This document shows, one piece after another, positions 9,929 through 19,222 of a stretch of 64,000 nt of DNA (the first letter of the stretch is position 1; the number at the start of each line of letters is the position of its first letter). Made by a program: the position numbers and the translations under genes. A model generated the notes under the pieces. It ran no database searches. It was given only the letters and a program-made list of their open reading frames with translations, and was not told the DNA's origin. The stretch comes from an uncultured Acidobacteriota bacterium (lineage in GTDB: Bacteria; Acidobacteriota; Thermoanaerobaculia; Multivoradales; JAHEKO01): NCBI GenBank assembly GCA_963713825.1, contig CAVQNG010000025.1, forward strand, positions 128,001-192,000, in the 5' to 3' direction.

Positions 9929-10116
9929 GGGTTGAGGCAGCCGATCGGACCAGGGATCTCCCTCGTCTGCGGCCTCACCCGACCATGCCCCTCCGACGAG
10001 GGAGACCCATGGCCCGATCTACCACCGTCGAGACATATCAAGAATCGGTCTGCTGACTCTCCCCTTACGCCCCAAGCCCCTACACCCCTAGACCTCTCCG
10101 ATGCCAAAGGTTCGTT
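9929..10116. repeat. intergenic palindromic repeat, copy 1 (homologous to 24380-24561)
   Basis: 9940-10030 matches 24391-24481 at 88/91 nt; 25-nt inverted arms at 9943-9967 and 9995-10019. Confidence 0.9.
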
Positions 10117-10269
10117 CGGGTGGTTCGACAGGGGGCGCCGAGTCGAGCGCGGCGCAAGGACCTTGATAGAGCACAGGAGACGGGGCGCGATGACGAGACG
10201 AGGCGGCGGCCAGTCCGTCATAGTCTGAGTAGCCGACGCCGTCCCCCGGCGGACCACCCGAAGGAACCT
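10108..10269. repeat. 30-bp imperfect inverted repeat enclosing 102 nt
   Basis: Arms 10108-10137 and 10240-10269 are complementary at 25/30 positions. Confidence 0.75.
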
Positions 10270-10317
10270 CCAACAGAAGAGGGTCAGCTGCCGGGGGCCC
10301 AGGCCCCGGGCCTGTCG

Positions 10318-11043
10318 CTACCGCTTTGGCGGGTTGCTGGGGCGAATCTCTACCAGGCTGGGAAGCGAACGGCTCCCGTGGTGCAGGAGGTCGAGCACGG
10401 TGCGGGCGACATCCTCGGGTGCCAGCTTCCAATCATCTCTGGCTCCTGGCTTCGGGTGACTGAACTCGGTTTGCACGCTGCCTGGCAGGATGGCCGCGAC
10501 GCGGATTCCGAACGGTCGGAGATCCAGCATGCTGGCTTCGGACAGGCCGACCAGGCCGAACTTGCTGGCGTTGTAGGCCGCGCCTCCGGCGAAGGGATTC
10601 TTGCCGGCGAGTGAGGCGATGTTGATGATCCAGCCACTGCCTTGGCTCTTCATCCAGGGTGTCACGGCTCGCGTCGCATAGAAGGAGCCATTGAGGTTGG
10701 TGCGAATCAGCTGCCTCCAGGCCTCCCCTGAGATCTCGTCCACCGGACCGAAATGGCCGATGCCAGCGTTGTTGACGAGGCAATCGATTCGCCCTGCCTG
10801 GCTCCCTACCCAGGCGACCAGATCATCGACTTCCCTTTGCTGACCCACGTCGCAGGCCCTGCCCTTGATGGTCTCAGGAAAGGTCTCGGCAAGCTCCCTG
10901 GAGGCGCTCTCCGCGCTGTCGGCAGTCTGTGAGCAGAAGAAGACCTGCCAACCCTCCTGGGCGAGGCCTTCGACGATGGCTCGACCGATGCCACGGCTGC
11001 CACCGGTGACGAGGGCTACGGGCTTCGACGTGTCGGCTTGCAT
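10318..11043 (-). CDS. SDR-family oxidoreductase
   Basis: TGGSRGIG, VNNAG, YNASK. Confidence 0.92.
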   Translation of the reverse strand: MQADTSKPVALVTGGSRGIGRAIVEGLAQEGWQVFFCSQTADSAESASRELAETFPETIKGRACDVGQQREVDDLVAWVGSQAGRIDCLVNNAGIGHFGPVDEISGEAWRQLIRTNLNGSFYATRAVTPWMKSQGSGWIINIASLAGKNPFAGGAAYNASKFGLVGLSEASMLDLRPFGIRVAAILPGSVQTEFSHPKPGARDDWKLAPEDVARTVLDLLHHGSRSLPSLVEIRPSNPPKR

Positions 11044-11147
11044 GGGTCAGACCTCCTGATGGGGGATTGTGGCACAAGGTATGTCGTCGGATCTGGAATA
11101 ATGTCCCGCGACGAGCGGTTAGGGCAGCTGAGAAGGAGGAATGAACC

Positions 11148-11840
11148 GTGGTATTCGACCCCCTGTATTTCGTATTCCTGGCGCCGGCCCTGCTTTTGTC
11201 GTTGTGGGCCAGTTTCAAGACCAAATCCGCCTTCAACAAGTACTCGAAGGTGAGGACCATGAATGGCATGACCGGCGCTGACGCGGCCAAGGTCATGTTG
11301 GATCGGGCTGGGATCCACGACGTGGAGATCACGCGGGTTCCGGGCAAGCTGACGGACCACTACAATCCGATGAACAAGACCCTGGCCCTGTCGATGGCGG
11401 TCCATGGCACTCCTTCGATCGCCGCCGTTGGTGTGGCTTGTCACGAAGCGGGACACGCCATTCAGCACGCCCAGGCATACAAACCAATGTGGCTACGGTC
11501 GATTCTGGTCAAGCCGGCCAAGTTCGGCTCGATGCTCGGTTTTTACGGCATGATGATCGGCCTGATGATGTCGTCGATGCAGCTCTTCATGGTGGGCGTG
11601 ATTCTCTTCTCTGGCCTGTTGGCTTTCCAGTTGGTGACGCTACCAGTTGAGTTCGATGCTTCGAACCGGGCCAAGAAGCTCGCCGTGGAGTACGGCATCG
11701 TCTCCGCTCAGGAGCGATCGGGAATGGACAAGGTTCTGAATGCGGCCGCCCTGACCTACGTGGCTGCCGCTGCTGCGAGCATCATGCAGTTGTTGTATTT
11801 CCTGATGCGGGCCGGAATGCTGGGTGGCAGTCGCGACTAG
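11148..11840 (+). CDS. membrane zinc metallopeptidase (YugP-like)
   Basis: LTDHYNP, HEAGHAIQH (HEXXH), TLPVEFDAS, AAALTYVAAA. Confidence 0.92.
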   Translation: MVFDPLYFVFLAPALLLSLWASFKTKSAFNKYSKVRTMNGMTGADAAKVMLDRAGIHDVEITRVPGKLTDHYNPMNKTLALSMAVHGTPSIAAVGVACHEAGHAIQHAQAYKPMWLRSILVKPAKFGSMLGFYGMMIGLMMSSMQLFMVGVILFSGLLAFQLVTLPVEFDASNRAKKLAVEYGIVSAQERSGMDKVLNAAALTYVAAAAASIMQLLYFLMRAGMLGGSRD

Positions 11841-13192
11841 TCGGCAGGTGTCCCGAGCAAGCCGAAGAGCTCTTCCCGCCGCCGAGCCAGCTCTTGCTCG
11901 GTGGTTGCTTCCATGACCAGCCTCAGGTAGGGCTCGGTGTTCGAAGGCCGGACGTTGAACCACCAATCGTCATACTGCACGGTGATCCCGTCCAGATAGT
12001 CGATCTGGCCATCGGCGAACCGCTCGGCGAGCTCCTGGATCGTTCCTTGCTTGTCTTCCACGACGAAGTTGATCTCGGGAGTCTTGGCATACCGGGCGAT
12101 CGGAGCCACCAGCTGGGAGAGGCTGCTGCCCTCTTTGCGCAGGAGATTGATGATCTCGACGACTGCCAGCAGCGCGCAGTCCGCGTAGTAGTTGTCTCGA
12201 AAATAATAGTGCCCAGCCAGCTCGCCACCGAAGATCCCATCCTTTTGCCGCAAGGTGGCCTTCATGAAGGAGTGCCCCACCCGTTCTCGCACGGGTATGC
12301 CGCCGCGCTCGCGAATGTACTCGCTGACGGCCCGCGACGAGCGCAGGTCGTAGAGCACGGGTTGTCCAGGGTCTCGCGCCAGCAGCTCACCGGCGATGAG
12401 GGCCGTTGAGAGGTCACTTCCAACGGGTTCTCCGGTCTCGTCGACAAAGGCTGCCCGATCGGCGTCGCCGTCGAAGCAGACCCCGAGATCGGCACCGGTT
12501 TCGCGCACTCGATCCGAAAGGTCTCGCAGGTTCTCCAGCTTCAAGGGATTGGCTTCGTGGTTTGGAAAGCTGCCGTCCAACTCGAAATAGAGGGGGTCGA
12601 GGTCCAGGTTCATGCGCTCCAGCAGAGGCCGATAGATCGATCCCATGCCGTTGGCGGCGTCGACGACGACCTTGAGTCGCCGTTCTGCGCCTGGATTCAG
12701 GAACGCGAGCACGTGCTCCCCGTAGCTATTGAAGACATCCCCGTGACTGCGGCTTCCCCGGTGATCGGCGGGGGGCAGCTCCTGGGTTTCGACTCTCGCC
12801 TCCAATAGGGGAATCCCGTGGTCTCCCGAAACCGGTCGCGCCTCACTGTGACTGAACTTGAGACCGTTGTACTCGGCCGGATTGTGGCTGGCGGTGACCT
12901 GGATGCCGCCGGCAGCTCTCAGGTGACCGACCGCAAAGTAGTTCATCGGTGTCGTCGCGAGGCCGATGTCGATGACGTCGAGGCCGCCGCTCAGCAGACC
13001 ATCGACCAGTGCCTCGCACAGTGGCTCGCTGTGGACGCGCATGTCGCGGCTCACCACGACGCTATTGCCGTGGGCTCGGTCCTCGTCGTCCAGCAGGAAC
13101 CGAAAAGCGAGCCCCACATCGCGGGCGACCTGCTCGTTCAGCTGTGACGGATACAGGCCCCGGACATCGTATGCTTTGAAGATTCCACCCAT
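11837..13192 (-). CDS. phosphomannomutase/phosphoglucomutase
   Basis: IFKAYDVRG, TASHNP, FDGDADR, GELAGHYY, RPSNTEP. Confidence 0.95.
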   Translation of the reverse strand: MGGIFKAYDVRGLYPSQLNEQVARDVGLAFRFLLDDEDRAHGNSVVVSRDMRVHSEPLCEALVDGLLSGGLDVIDIGLATTPMNYFAVGHLRAAGGIQVTASHNPAEYNGLKFSHSEARPVSGDHGIPLLEARVETQELPPADHRGSRSHGDVFNSYGEHVLAFLNPGAERRLKVVVDAANGMGSIYRPLLERMNLDLDPLYFELDGSFPNHEANPLKLENLRDLSDRVRETGADLGVCFDGDADRAAFVDETGEPVGSDLSTALIAGELLARDPGQPVLYDLRSSRAVSEYIRERGGIPVRERVGHSFMKATLRQKDGIFGGELAGHYYFRDNYYADCALLAVVEIINLLRKEGSSLSQLVAPIARYAKTPEINFVVEDKQGTIQELAERFADGQIDYLDGITVQYDDWWFNVRPSNTEPYLRLVMEATTEQELARRREELFGLLGTPAD

Positions 13193-13212
13193 TCTCGAGG
13201 GTTCCCTTCTAC

Positions 13213-16200
13213 TCAGTTTGTAGTTCGATGGATGGCGAAGCTGAACTCCATCTCTTCCACCGGCTTGGGCTTCAGGTCGGTGGTGTCCTCGCTTGTTGCG
13301 CTCAGCTCCAACGCGAGGGTCTCGCGGCAGATCCACTCTCGGAACCGGTCGATGGCGGCTGCCAGCACCGTATCGGCCCGGTATGTCACATCGATGCGGT
13401 CGGAGTAGTCGAGGTCCGCCTCTTTGCGGGCTGTCTGAATCCGGTGAATGACCTCACGGGCCCATCCTTCGGCAATGAGGTCTTCCGAGAGGTGGATGTC
13501 CAGGACGACGAGTAGCTCGCGGTCTCCCTGCGATGCGGTCTCCTCCTGTTCCACCATCCGGATCTCGACCTCTTCTGTGGAGAGCTCGACCGTCTCGCCG
13601 TCGAGCTCGACGGTGACGCGCCCGATGTCCTCGATTGCCGCGGCCAGCTGATCGCCGTTCGCCGCCTCCAACGCCTTCTTCAGAGCCGACATCTGCTTGC
13701 CGAATCGCGGCCCGCAGAGCGGGTAGTTGGGGCGCACTTCGTGATGCACATAGGACGATCGATCGCTGGCCCACAGCACCTCGCGGACATTGAGCTCCTC
13801 GCACAGGACATGCAAGTGCGGCTCGACCAGTTCGGGTAGGTGGCCCTCGGTTGTCACCAGGGTGACCGACGCCAGGGGTTGTCTGGTCTTCAGGCTGTGC
13901 GAGTTGCGTGCCGCGTGCCCGAGGCGGACGATTCTCTGCACCGCGGCCATGCCGGCCTCCAGCTTGTTGTCGGCTCGTTGTGTCACCGGCTTTGGCCACG
14001 CTTCGAGATGGACACTCTCGATGCCGTACCCGGGCTGGGTGCGGAGCAGGTGCCGATGAATCACCTCGGCGATGAAGGGCGTAAAGGGTGCGATCACTCT
14101 GGCGAGAACGCAGAGCACCTCGTAGAGAGTCTGGTAGGCGCTCTCTTTAGTCTCTCCACCTTCGGCCGCAGGAGCCCAGAAGCGGTCCCGGCTCCGACGG
14201 ATGTACCAGTTGGTCAGATCGTCGACGAAGTCTTCGATGAGGCGGGCCGAGTCGAGGACCCGGTAGGCCTCCAGGTTCCGAGTCGTGTCTTCAACGAGGC
14301 GATCGAGCCTGAGAAGGATCCAGCGATCCAGTGCGGGTCGGCGCTCGAAAGGCACAGGCCCGGCGCCTGGAGTCCATTCGTCCAGATTGGCGTAGATCGT
14401 GAAGAATGAGAGAGCGTTCCACAGAGGCAGCAGGAAGTTCTGTGCCGCCTCGCGGACCAGCCGGGCCGAAAATCGGGAGTTGATCTCCGGATTGTTGATG
14501 CAGAAGTACCAGCGAAGAGCGTCGGCCCCGGTCTCTGGGATGACTTCCATGGGGTCGGTCACATTGCCCAATCGCTTCGACATCTTACGGCCCTGCTCGT
14601 CGTTGATGTGTCCCAGGACGATGCATGTCCGGTAGGCCACCGAGTCGAAGAGCAGCGCCGCCAGTACGTGCAGGGTGTAGAACCAGCCTCGAGTCTGATC
14701 GACGGCTTCGGCGATGAAGTCGGCAGGGAACTGAATGTGGTCGTCGACTAGTTCGGCGTTCTCGAACGGGTAATGGTGCTGGGCGAAGGGCATGGAGCCC
14801 GAGTCGAACCAGGCATCGATGACCTCCTCGACACGTCCCATGTTTCCTTGTCCGCACTCGCCACAGGTCCAGACGAAAGCCTCCGCGGCATCCCGGTCCA
14901 CGAATGGGCGATGCGGGTCGAACTGCTGGCGGTCGTACACATCCTGGGGCAGTGGCCTACCAGCGGCAGCGTAGAGCTCGGCGAAAGAGCCCACGACCTG
15001 TTGATGGGAACAGGCATCGCATCCCCACACCGGAAGCGGCGTGCCCCAGTAGCGCTTACGGGACAGCGCCCAGTCGACCATGTTCTCCAGCCATTTTCCG
15101 AAGCGTCCATCCCTGACGTGCTCCGGGTGCCAATCGATCTCCTGATTCAGGCTCAGTAGATCGTCCTTGCGTGAGGTGGTTTTGACGAACCAGCTCTTGC
15201 TAGCGAGATAGAGCAGGGGCTGGTCACAACGCCAGCAGAAAGGGTAACTGTGCCGATACTGGTCCTGGTGCAGCAGGCGGCCCCGGTGCTTGAGATCGCG
15301 TGTGATGGACTTGTCGGCGTCTTTGACCCAGATGCCGGCGAAGGCCTCGGTACCCTGGCGTTCGACAATCTTGCCTTCCATATCCACGGTCAGGAAGAAG
15401 GGGAGACCAAACTTCACTCCGCTCTGGTAGTCGTCCTCACCGAAAGCGGGAGCCGTGTGCACCAACCCGGTGCCTTCACTTGCTGTTACGTAGTCCGCCG
15501 TGAAGACCCGCCAGCCATCGCCGTCGGAAGGTGGCGGCTCGAATGGGGAGTCGTCTGGCACCCGGTCTGCGGGCTCAGTAGCGAAGGGCCTGTCGTAGCG
15601 CAACCCCTTCAGATCGGCGCCGAGGATCCGGGCCTGTGGCTCGAGCTCACGCAGATCGGTGCGTACCCGCTTGTCGTCGTCCAGGGTCTCCAGTGGCACC
15701 GGCGTCTCCAGGCCCTCAGCAAAGAGGAGCGTCTCGCCAGGCCTCCCTGGATGCTCGACTACCTGATAGACCAGGTCCGGACTCACTGCCAGGCCAGAAT
15801 GGCCCAGCAGAGTCCATGGTGTCGTCGTCCATGCCACGAGGCTGAGCCGCTCGGGAACCTGCCACTCGTTTCCCTCCACGGTGGAGACCGCCTGACCTTC
15901 CCGTGCCGGAAATAGGACCCAGATCGACGGGTCATCGGTGTCCTTGTAGTTCTGCGCCACCTCGTGGCTCGACAGGGTGGTGCCGCATCGACAGCAGTAG
16001 GGCTGGATCTTGTAGTCCTCCTTCAGAAGACCCTTGTCCCAGAGTTGTCGCAGGGCCCACCAGACCGACTCGATGTATCGATTCGAGTAGGTGAAGTAGG
16101 CACTGTCGAGGTCGATCCAGAAGCCGATGCGCTCGGTCATCTCCCGCCACTGCTGTTCGTAGGAGTGGACGCTGTCCAGGCAGGCCTGATTGAACGCGAC

Positions 16201-16551
16201 GACGCCGTACTTCTCGATGTCTTCCTTGCCTGAAAAGCCCAGGTGCTTCTCGACCTCGATCTCGACGGCCAGCCCATGGGTGTCCCAGCCCGCCTTGCGG
16301 GCCACATGACGTCCCTGCATGGTCCTGAATCGTGGGAACAGGTCCTTGACGACCCGAGTCACGACATGGCCTACGTGGGGCTTGTTGTTGGCGGTGGGAG
16401 GACCCTCGAAGAAGACGAAGTCCTCACCGTCACGGGTCTTTTCCAGGGTCTTTTCGAAGATCCGGTTCTGCCGCCACTCGAGAAGGACCCCTTGTTCGAG
16501 TGCGGGAAAGGGATAGCCTGAGGGTAGATGGGGGAAGCGTCGGTGGTTCAT
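13213..16551 (-). CDS. ileS: isoleucyl-tRNA synthetase, type 2
   Basis: GPPTAN..PHVGH, GWDTHGL, WTTTPWTL, GTGLVHTAP, SRKRYWGTPLP, DQTRGWF, KMSKR, WYIRRSR; long C-terminus (EGWAREV) without a zinc finger. Confidence 0.96.
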   Translation of the reverse strand: MNHRRFPHLPSGYPFPALEQGVLLEWRQNRIFEKTLEKTRDGEDFVFFEGPPTANNKPHVGHVVTRVVKDLFPRFRTMQGRHVARKAGWDTHGLAVEIEVEKHLGFSGKEDIEKYGVVAFNQACLDSVHSYEQQWREMTERIGFWIDLDSAYFTYSNRYIESVWWALRQLWDKGLLKEDYKIQPYCCRCGTTLSSHEVAQNYKDTDDPSIWVLFPAREGQAVSTVEGNEWQVPERLSLVAWTTTPWTLLGHSGLAVSPDLVYQVVEHPGRPGETLLFAEGLETPVPLETLDDDKRVRTDLRELEPQARILGADLKGLRYDRPFATEPADRVPDDSPFEPPPSDGDGWRVFTADYVTASEGTGLVHTAPAFGEDDYQSGVKFGLPFFLTVDMEGKIVERQGTEAFAGIWVKDADKSITRDLKHRGRLLHQDQYRHSYPFCWRCDQPLLYLASKSWFVKTTSRKDDLLSLNQEIDWHPEHVRDGRFGKWLENMVDWALSRKRYWGTPLPVWGCDACSHQQVVGSFAELYAAAGRPLPQDVYDRQQFDPHRPFVDRDAAEAFVWTCGECGQGNMGRVEEVIDAWFDSGSMPFAQHHYPFENAELVDDHIQFPADFIAEAVDQTRGWFYTLHVLAALLFDSVAYRTCIVLGHINDEQGRKMSKRLGNVTDPMEVIPETGADALRWYFCINNPEINSRFSARLVREAAQNFLLPLWNALSFFTIYANLDEWTPGAGPVPFERRPALDRWILLRLDRLVEDTTRNLEAYRVLDSARLIEDFVDDLTNWYIRRSRDRFWAPAAEGGETKESAYQTLYEVLCVLARVIAPFTPFIAEVIHRHLLRTQPGYGIESVHLEAWPKPVTQRADNKLEAGMAAVQRIVRLGHAARNSHSLKTRQPLASVTLVTTEGHLPELVEPHLHVLCEELNVREVLWASDRSSYVHHEVRPNYPLCGPRFGKQMSALKKALEAANGDQLAAAIEDIGRVTVELDGETVELSTEEVEIRMVEQEETASQGDRELLVVLDIHLSEDLIAEGWAREVIHRIQTARKEADLDYSDRIDVTYRADTVLAAAIDRFREWICRETLALELSATSEDTTDLKPKPVEEMEFSFAIHRTTN

Positions 16552-16620
16552 GGAGTTCTCGCTTACATCGCAGTTGCGGCGCACATTCTAACCTGCCCAT
16601 CCCGCGCAATGGGTGGCAAC

Positions 16621-17616
16621 TCAGCCGGAGAATCTGGCGAGGAATGACGCGAGGCGCTGGCTGAAGCTGGAGCCGGCCTCGAGGTGAGGATGGTTCCCGC
16701 AGTCTTCGAACACGTCCAGTTCGGCCGCCGGGGCCTGCTGAAGCCACAGATCGGCTCTGTCGATTGGCGGGTTCTTGGCGTGACGTCCCCAGGCAAGCCA
16801 CAATGGGGTTCTGAGGCGCGAAACCGTCTCTGCAATGCTGTGATTGAGGTAGCCGCTCAGATAGGCGGCCAGGGGCGCATGAGCACCCGGTTGATGGCTG
16901 GATCGATAGTAGTAGTCGAGCCTTGCGGCATCGACCTTCTCAGGAGACTGGAAGACCTCTCTGCGCAGGTACTGGCTGAGGGCCGGTCGGCTGGTGAACA
17001 GGTTGAGGCCCGATTTGCCGAGGACGGGGAAGCGCAGCAGTCGATGGAACAGAGCGTCCTTGATATCGGGTTCGTCGCGACGACCCTCGATACCAGACGG
17101 CACCACGAGGCCCAGATGGCTGACCAGTTCTGGGTGATCTACTGCGACTTGAACGGCGTAGGCCGCCGGCAGCCCTGCGGCGACGAGTACGCAGCGCTCT
17201 GCGACGACATTTTGCAGGAAGTCGACCAAGAGCCGAATGTACAGCTCCCCGTCATAGGTGATCGTTGGTTTGTCGGACCTGCCCCAGCCCAGGAAGTCGG
17301 GAGCGTAGACCCTGAAGCTCCGAGCCAGGTGCTCACTGGCTGGCCTCCACTCTTCCGAGTCGTGCCCGGGGCCGAAACTGTGGAGAAGGACGAGAGGGGA
17401 GCCCAAACCAAAGCGCTGAAAGGAGATCTCACCGTCCTGCCAGGCGAATCTCTCCTGGCGCCCCCAGGTTGGGTAACCCAGTCTTTCGCTGCGTCGAGCG
17501 ATCAAGGCGTTGGCGAGAGCTGGCAGGCCAACAGCCGCACCGCCGAGAAGGAGACCCTTGACGAGTCGCTTGCGGCGGCTAGAACTCCCTTTTGCACTGG
17601 AGCTCTCGTTAGCCAT
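16621..17616 (-). CDS. alpha/beta-fold hydrolase-like protein with N-terminal membrane anchor; canonical nucleophile absent
   Basis: VLLHSFG, VYAPDFLGWGRSDKP, GNHPHLE; the elbow reads VAAGLP. Confidence 0.8.
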   Translation of the reverse strand: MANESSSAKGSSSRRKRLVKGLLLGGAAVGLPALANALIARRSERLGYPTWGRQERFAWQDGEISFQRFGLGSPLVLLHSFGPGHDSEEWRPASEHLARSFRVYAPDFLGWGRSDKPTITYDGELYIRLLVDFLQNVVAERCVLVAAGLPAAYAVQVAVDHPELVSHLGLVVPSGIEGRRDEPDIKDALFHRLLRFPVLGKSGLNLFTSRPALSQYLRREVFQSPEKVDAARLDYYYRSSHQPGAHAPLAAYLSGYLNHSIAETVSRLRTPLWLAWGRHAKNPPIDRADLWLQQAPAAELDVFEDCGNHPHLEAGSSFSQRLASFLARFSG

Positions 17617-17731
17617 GACCGGTGAGAATAGCATGCACGGGCTGGCCAGATTGGATCGATGGTCTCTGCTTGCCAGAGCGCAGTCCGAGTAGAATGGGTG
17701 CCCTTATCACCATGACGGGAGAGCCCTGACG

Positions 17732-18265
17732 ATGAAACGAAGTATTGTCCGGCTTGGCCACCCAGCCCTGCGCCTGCAAGCCGAGCCCGTTGCCCCGGAG
17801 ACGCTCGAGTCCGACGAGATGCAGACTCTGATTCGAGAGTTGATCGAGACTCTGGAGTCCGAGTCGGGCAGTGGGCTGGCCGCCAGCCAGGTGGGCGCCG
17901 GTCACCAGATCCTGGTGCTCTCAGGCGCCGAGAGCGGCGGCGAGAAGAGTGGCTCGGAGCTTGTGATCATCAACCCATTGTTGGAACCCGAGCATGCCGA
18001 CCTGGTCTATGACTGGGAAGACTGCTTGTCGGTGCCAGGTCTCAAGGGTCTGGTGCCCCGATACCCGAAGGTGCGTCTCCGGGGGCTGGATGCTCGGGGT
18101 GACCCGCTGGATCTGACGCTGGACGGACGTCTGGCTCGGTTGGTCCAGCACGCCTACGATCACCTCAACGGTGTCGTATTTCTCGACCGCATGAGGGATC
18201 TCAAGTCGCTCTCCTTCTCCGAGGAATGGGAGATCTATCTAGCCGATTCGAGTGACCGTTCCTGA
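17732..18265 (+). CDS. def: peptide deformylase-like protein with degenerate motifs
   Basis: GHPALR, GSGLAASQVG, IINP, EDCLSVPG, QHAYDHLNG. Confidence 0.85.
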   Translation: MKRSIVRLGHPALRLQAEPVAPETLESDEMQTLIRELIETLESESGSGLAASQVGAGHQILVLSGAESGGEKSGSELVIINPLLEPEHADLVYDWEDCLSVPGLKGLVPRYPKVRLRGLDARGDPLDLTLDGRLARLVQHAYDHLNGVVFLDRMRDLKSLSFSEEWEIYLADSSDRS

Positions 18266-18274
18266 GCGCTTCGG

Positions 18275-18751
18275 ATGTCTCGCGACCTGGTAGTTCTGTG
18301 GGCAGGGCGACACCATCGAAGCGAATGGGAGAAGCTCTGCGCGCCATTCAAACAGAGGATTTCTCGGCACATTCGTGTCCGCGAGGTAGCTGTGCGGGCG
18401 AAAGCCACCCAAGGCGATCTGGAGCGTCTGAAGGCTGAGGGGGAGGCTCTGCTGGCTGCGGTACCCGAGGGGGCCTGGACGGTGGCGCTCGACCGCCGCG
18501 GCAAGATGCGGAGCTCGCTCGAACTAGCGGCATGGCTTCGGGCGAGAATCGACGACTGGCCGGGTCCTTTGGTGTTTCTCATCGGATCCGATCTGGGACT
18601 GGCGGAGGGCGCCTTGGACCAGATGCGAGAGCGCCTGTCGTTTGGAGCTCTGACCCTGCCCCACGAGCTGGCCAGGCTCGTTCTCCTAGAGCAGCTGTAT
18701 AGGGGGCTGGCCATCAACGCCGGAATAAAGTACCATCGCGAGCCGTTGTAA
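18275..18751 (+). CDS. rlmH: 23S rRNA m3-pseudouridine-1915 methyltransferase
   Basis: LDRRGK, FLIGSDLG, LSFGALTLPHELARLVLLEQLYR, KYH. Confidence 0.94.
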   Translation: MSRDLVVLWAGRHHRSEWEKLCAPFKQRISRHIRVREVAVRAKATQGDLERLKAEGEALLAAVPEGAWTVALDRRGKMRSSLELAAWLRARIDDWPGPLVFLIGSDLGLAEGALDQMRERLSFGALTLPHELARLVLLEQLYRGLAINAGIKYHREPL

Positions 18752-18796
18752 TTGGCCTGAACTTCAGTCGAGTCTCGTGTGAAAGGAGTGCGGTAG

Positions 18797-19195
18797 GTGG
18801 CTAGAACGTCTGGAGCCAAGAAAGCTACGAAGAAGAAGCAAAATTCCACCGAGGTCTTTCGCCGGAAGCTCGAGGATCACCAGAAGGTGATCCTCAGCCT
18901 CTACGAGCGGGACCTGAAGGTGGGACAGGAAGCCAGCGACGATGGCACCGAGGACATCGTCGATCGAGCGAACAATTCCTACAATCGAGAGTTCATGTTC
19001 GCTCTGTCGGACTCCGAGAGGCAGCTGTTGCTGGAGATCGAGGGCGCCCTGGAACGACTGGACGGTGGCGGGTATGGTACCTGCCTCAACTGTTCCGACG
19101 ACATCCCCAAGGCCCGGCTGCGAGCGGTTCCGTGGACTCGCTACTGCATCGATTGTCAGGAGCAAGCCGAGCAGGGTATCGTTCTGGAGGCCTGA
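18797..19195 (+). CDS. dksA: DksA/TraR-family C4 zinc-finger protein
   Basis: DIVDRA (DxxDxA), YGTCLNC...RLRAVPWTRYCIDCQ. Confidence 0.88.
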   Translation: MARTSGAKKATKKKQNSTEVFRRKLEDHQKVILSLYERDLKVGQEASDDGTEDIVDRANNSYNREFMFALSDSERQLLLEIEGALERLDGGGYGTCLNCSDDIPKARLRAVPWTRYCIDCQEQAEQGIVLEA

Positions 19196-19222
19196 GGTTA
19201 GGTTGGCCAGTGTGAGCTGCTG

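Noticed and set aside
9932-10228. 98-aa ORF, and the opposite-strand ORF 9910-10257, in the repeat region
   Set aside because: Both run through palindromic repeat DNA, have no recognisable motifs and are not preserved as ORFs in the second copy.
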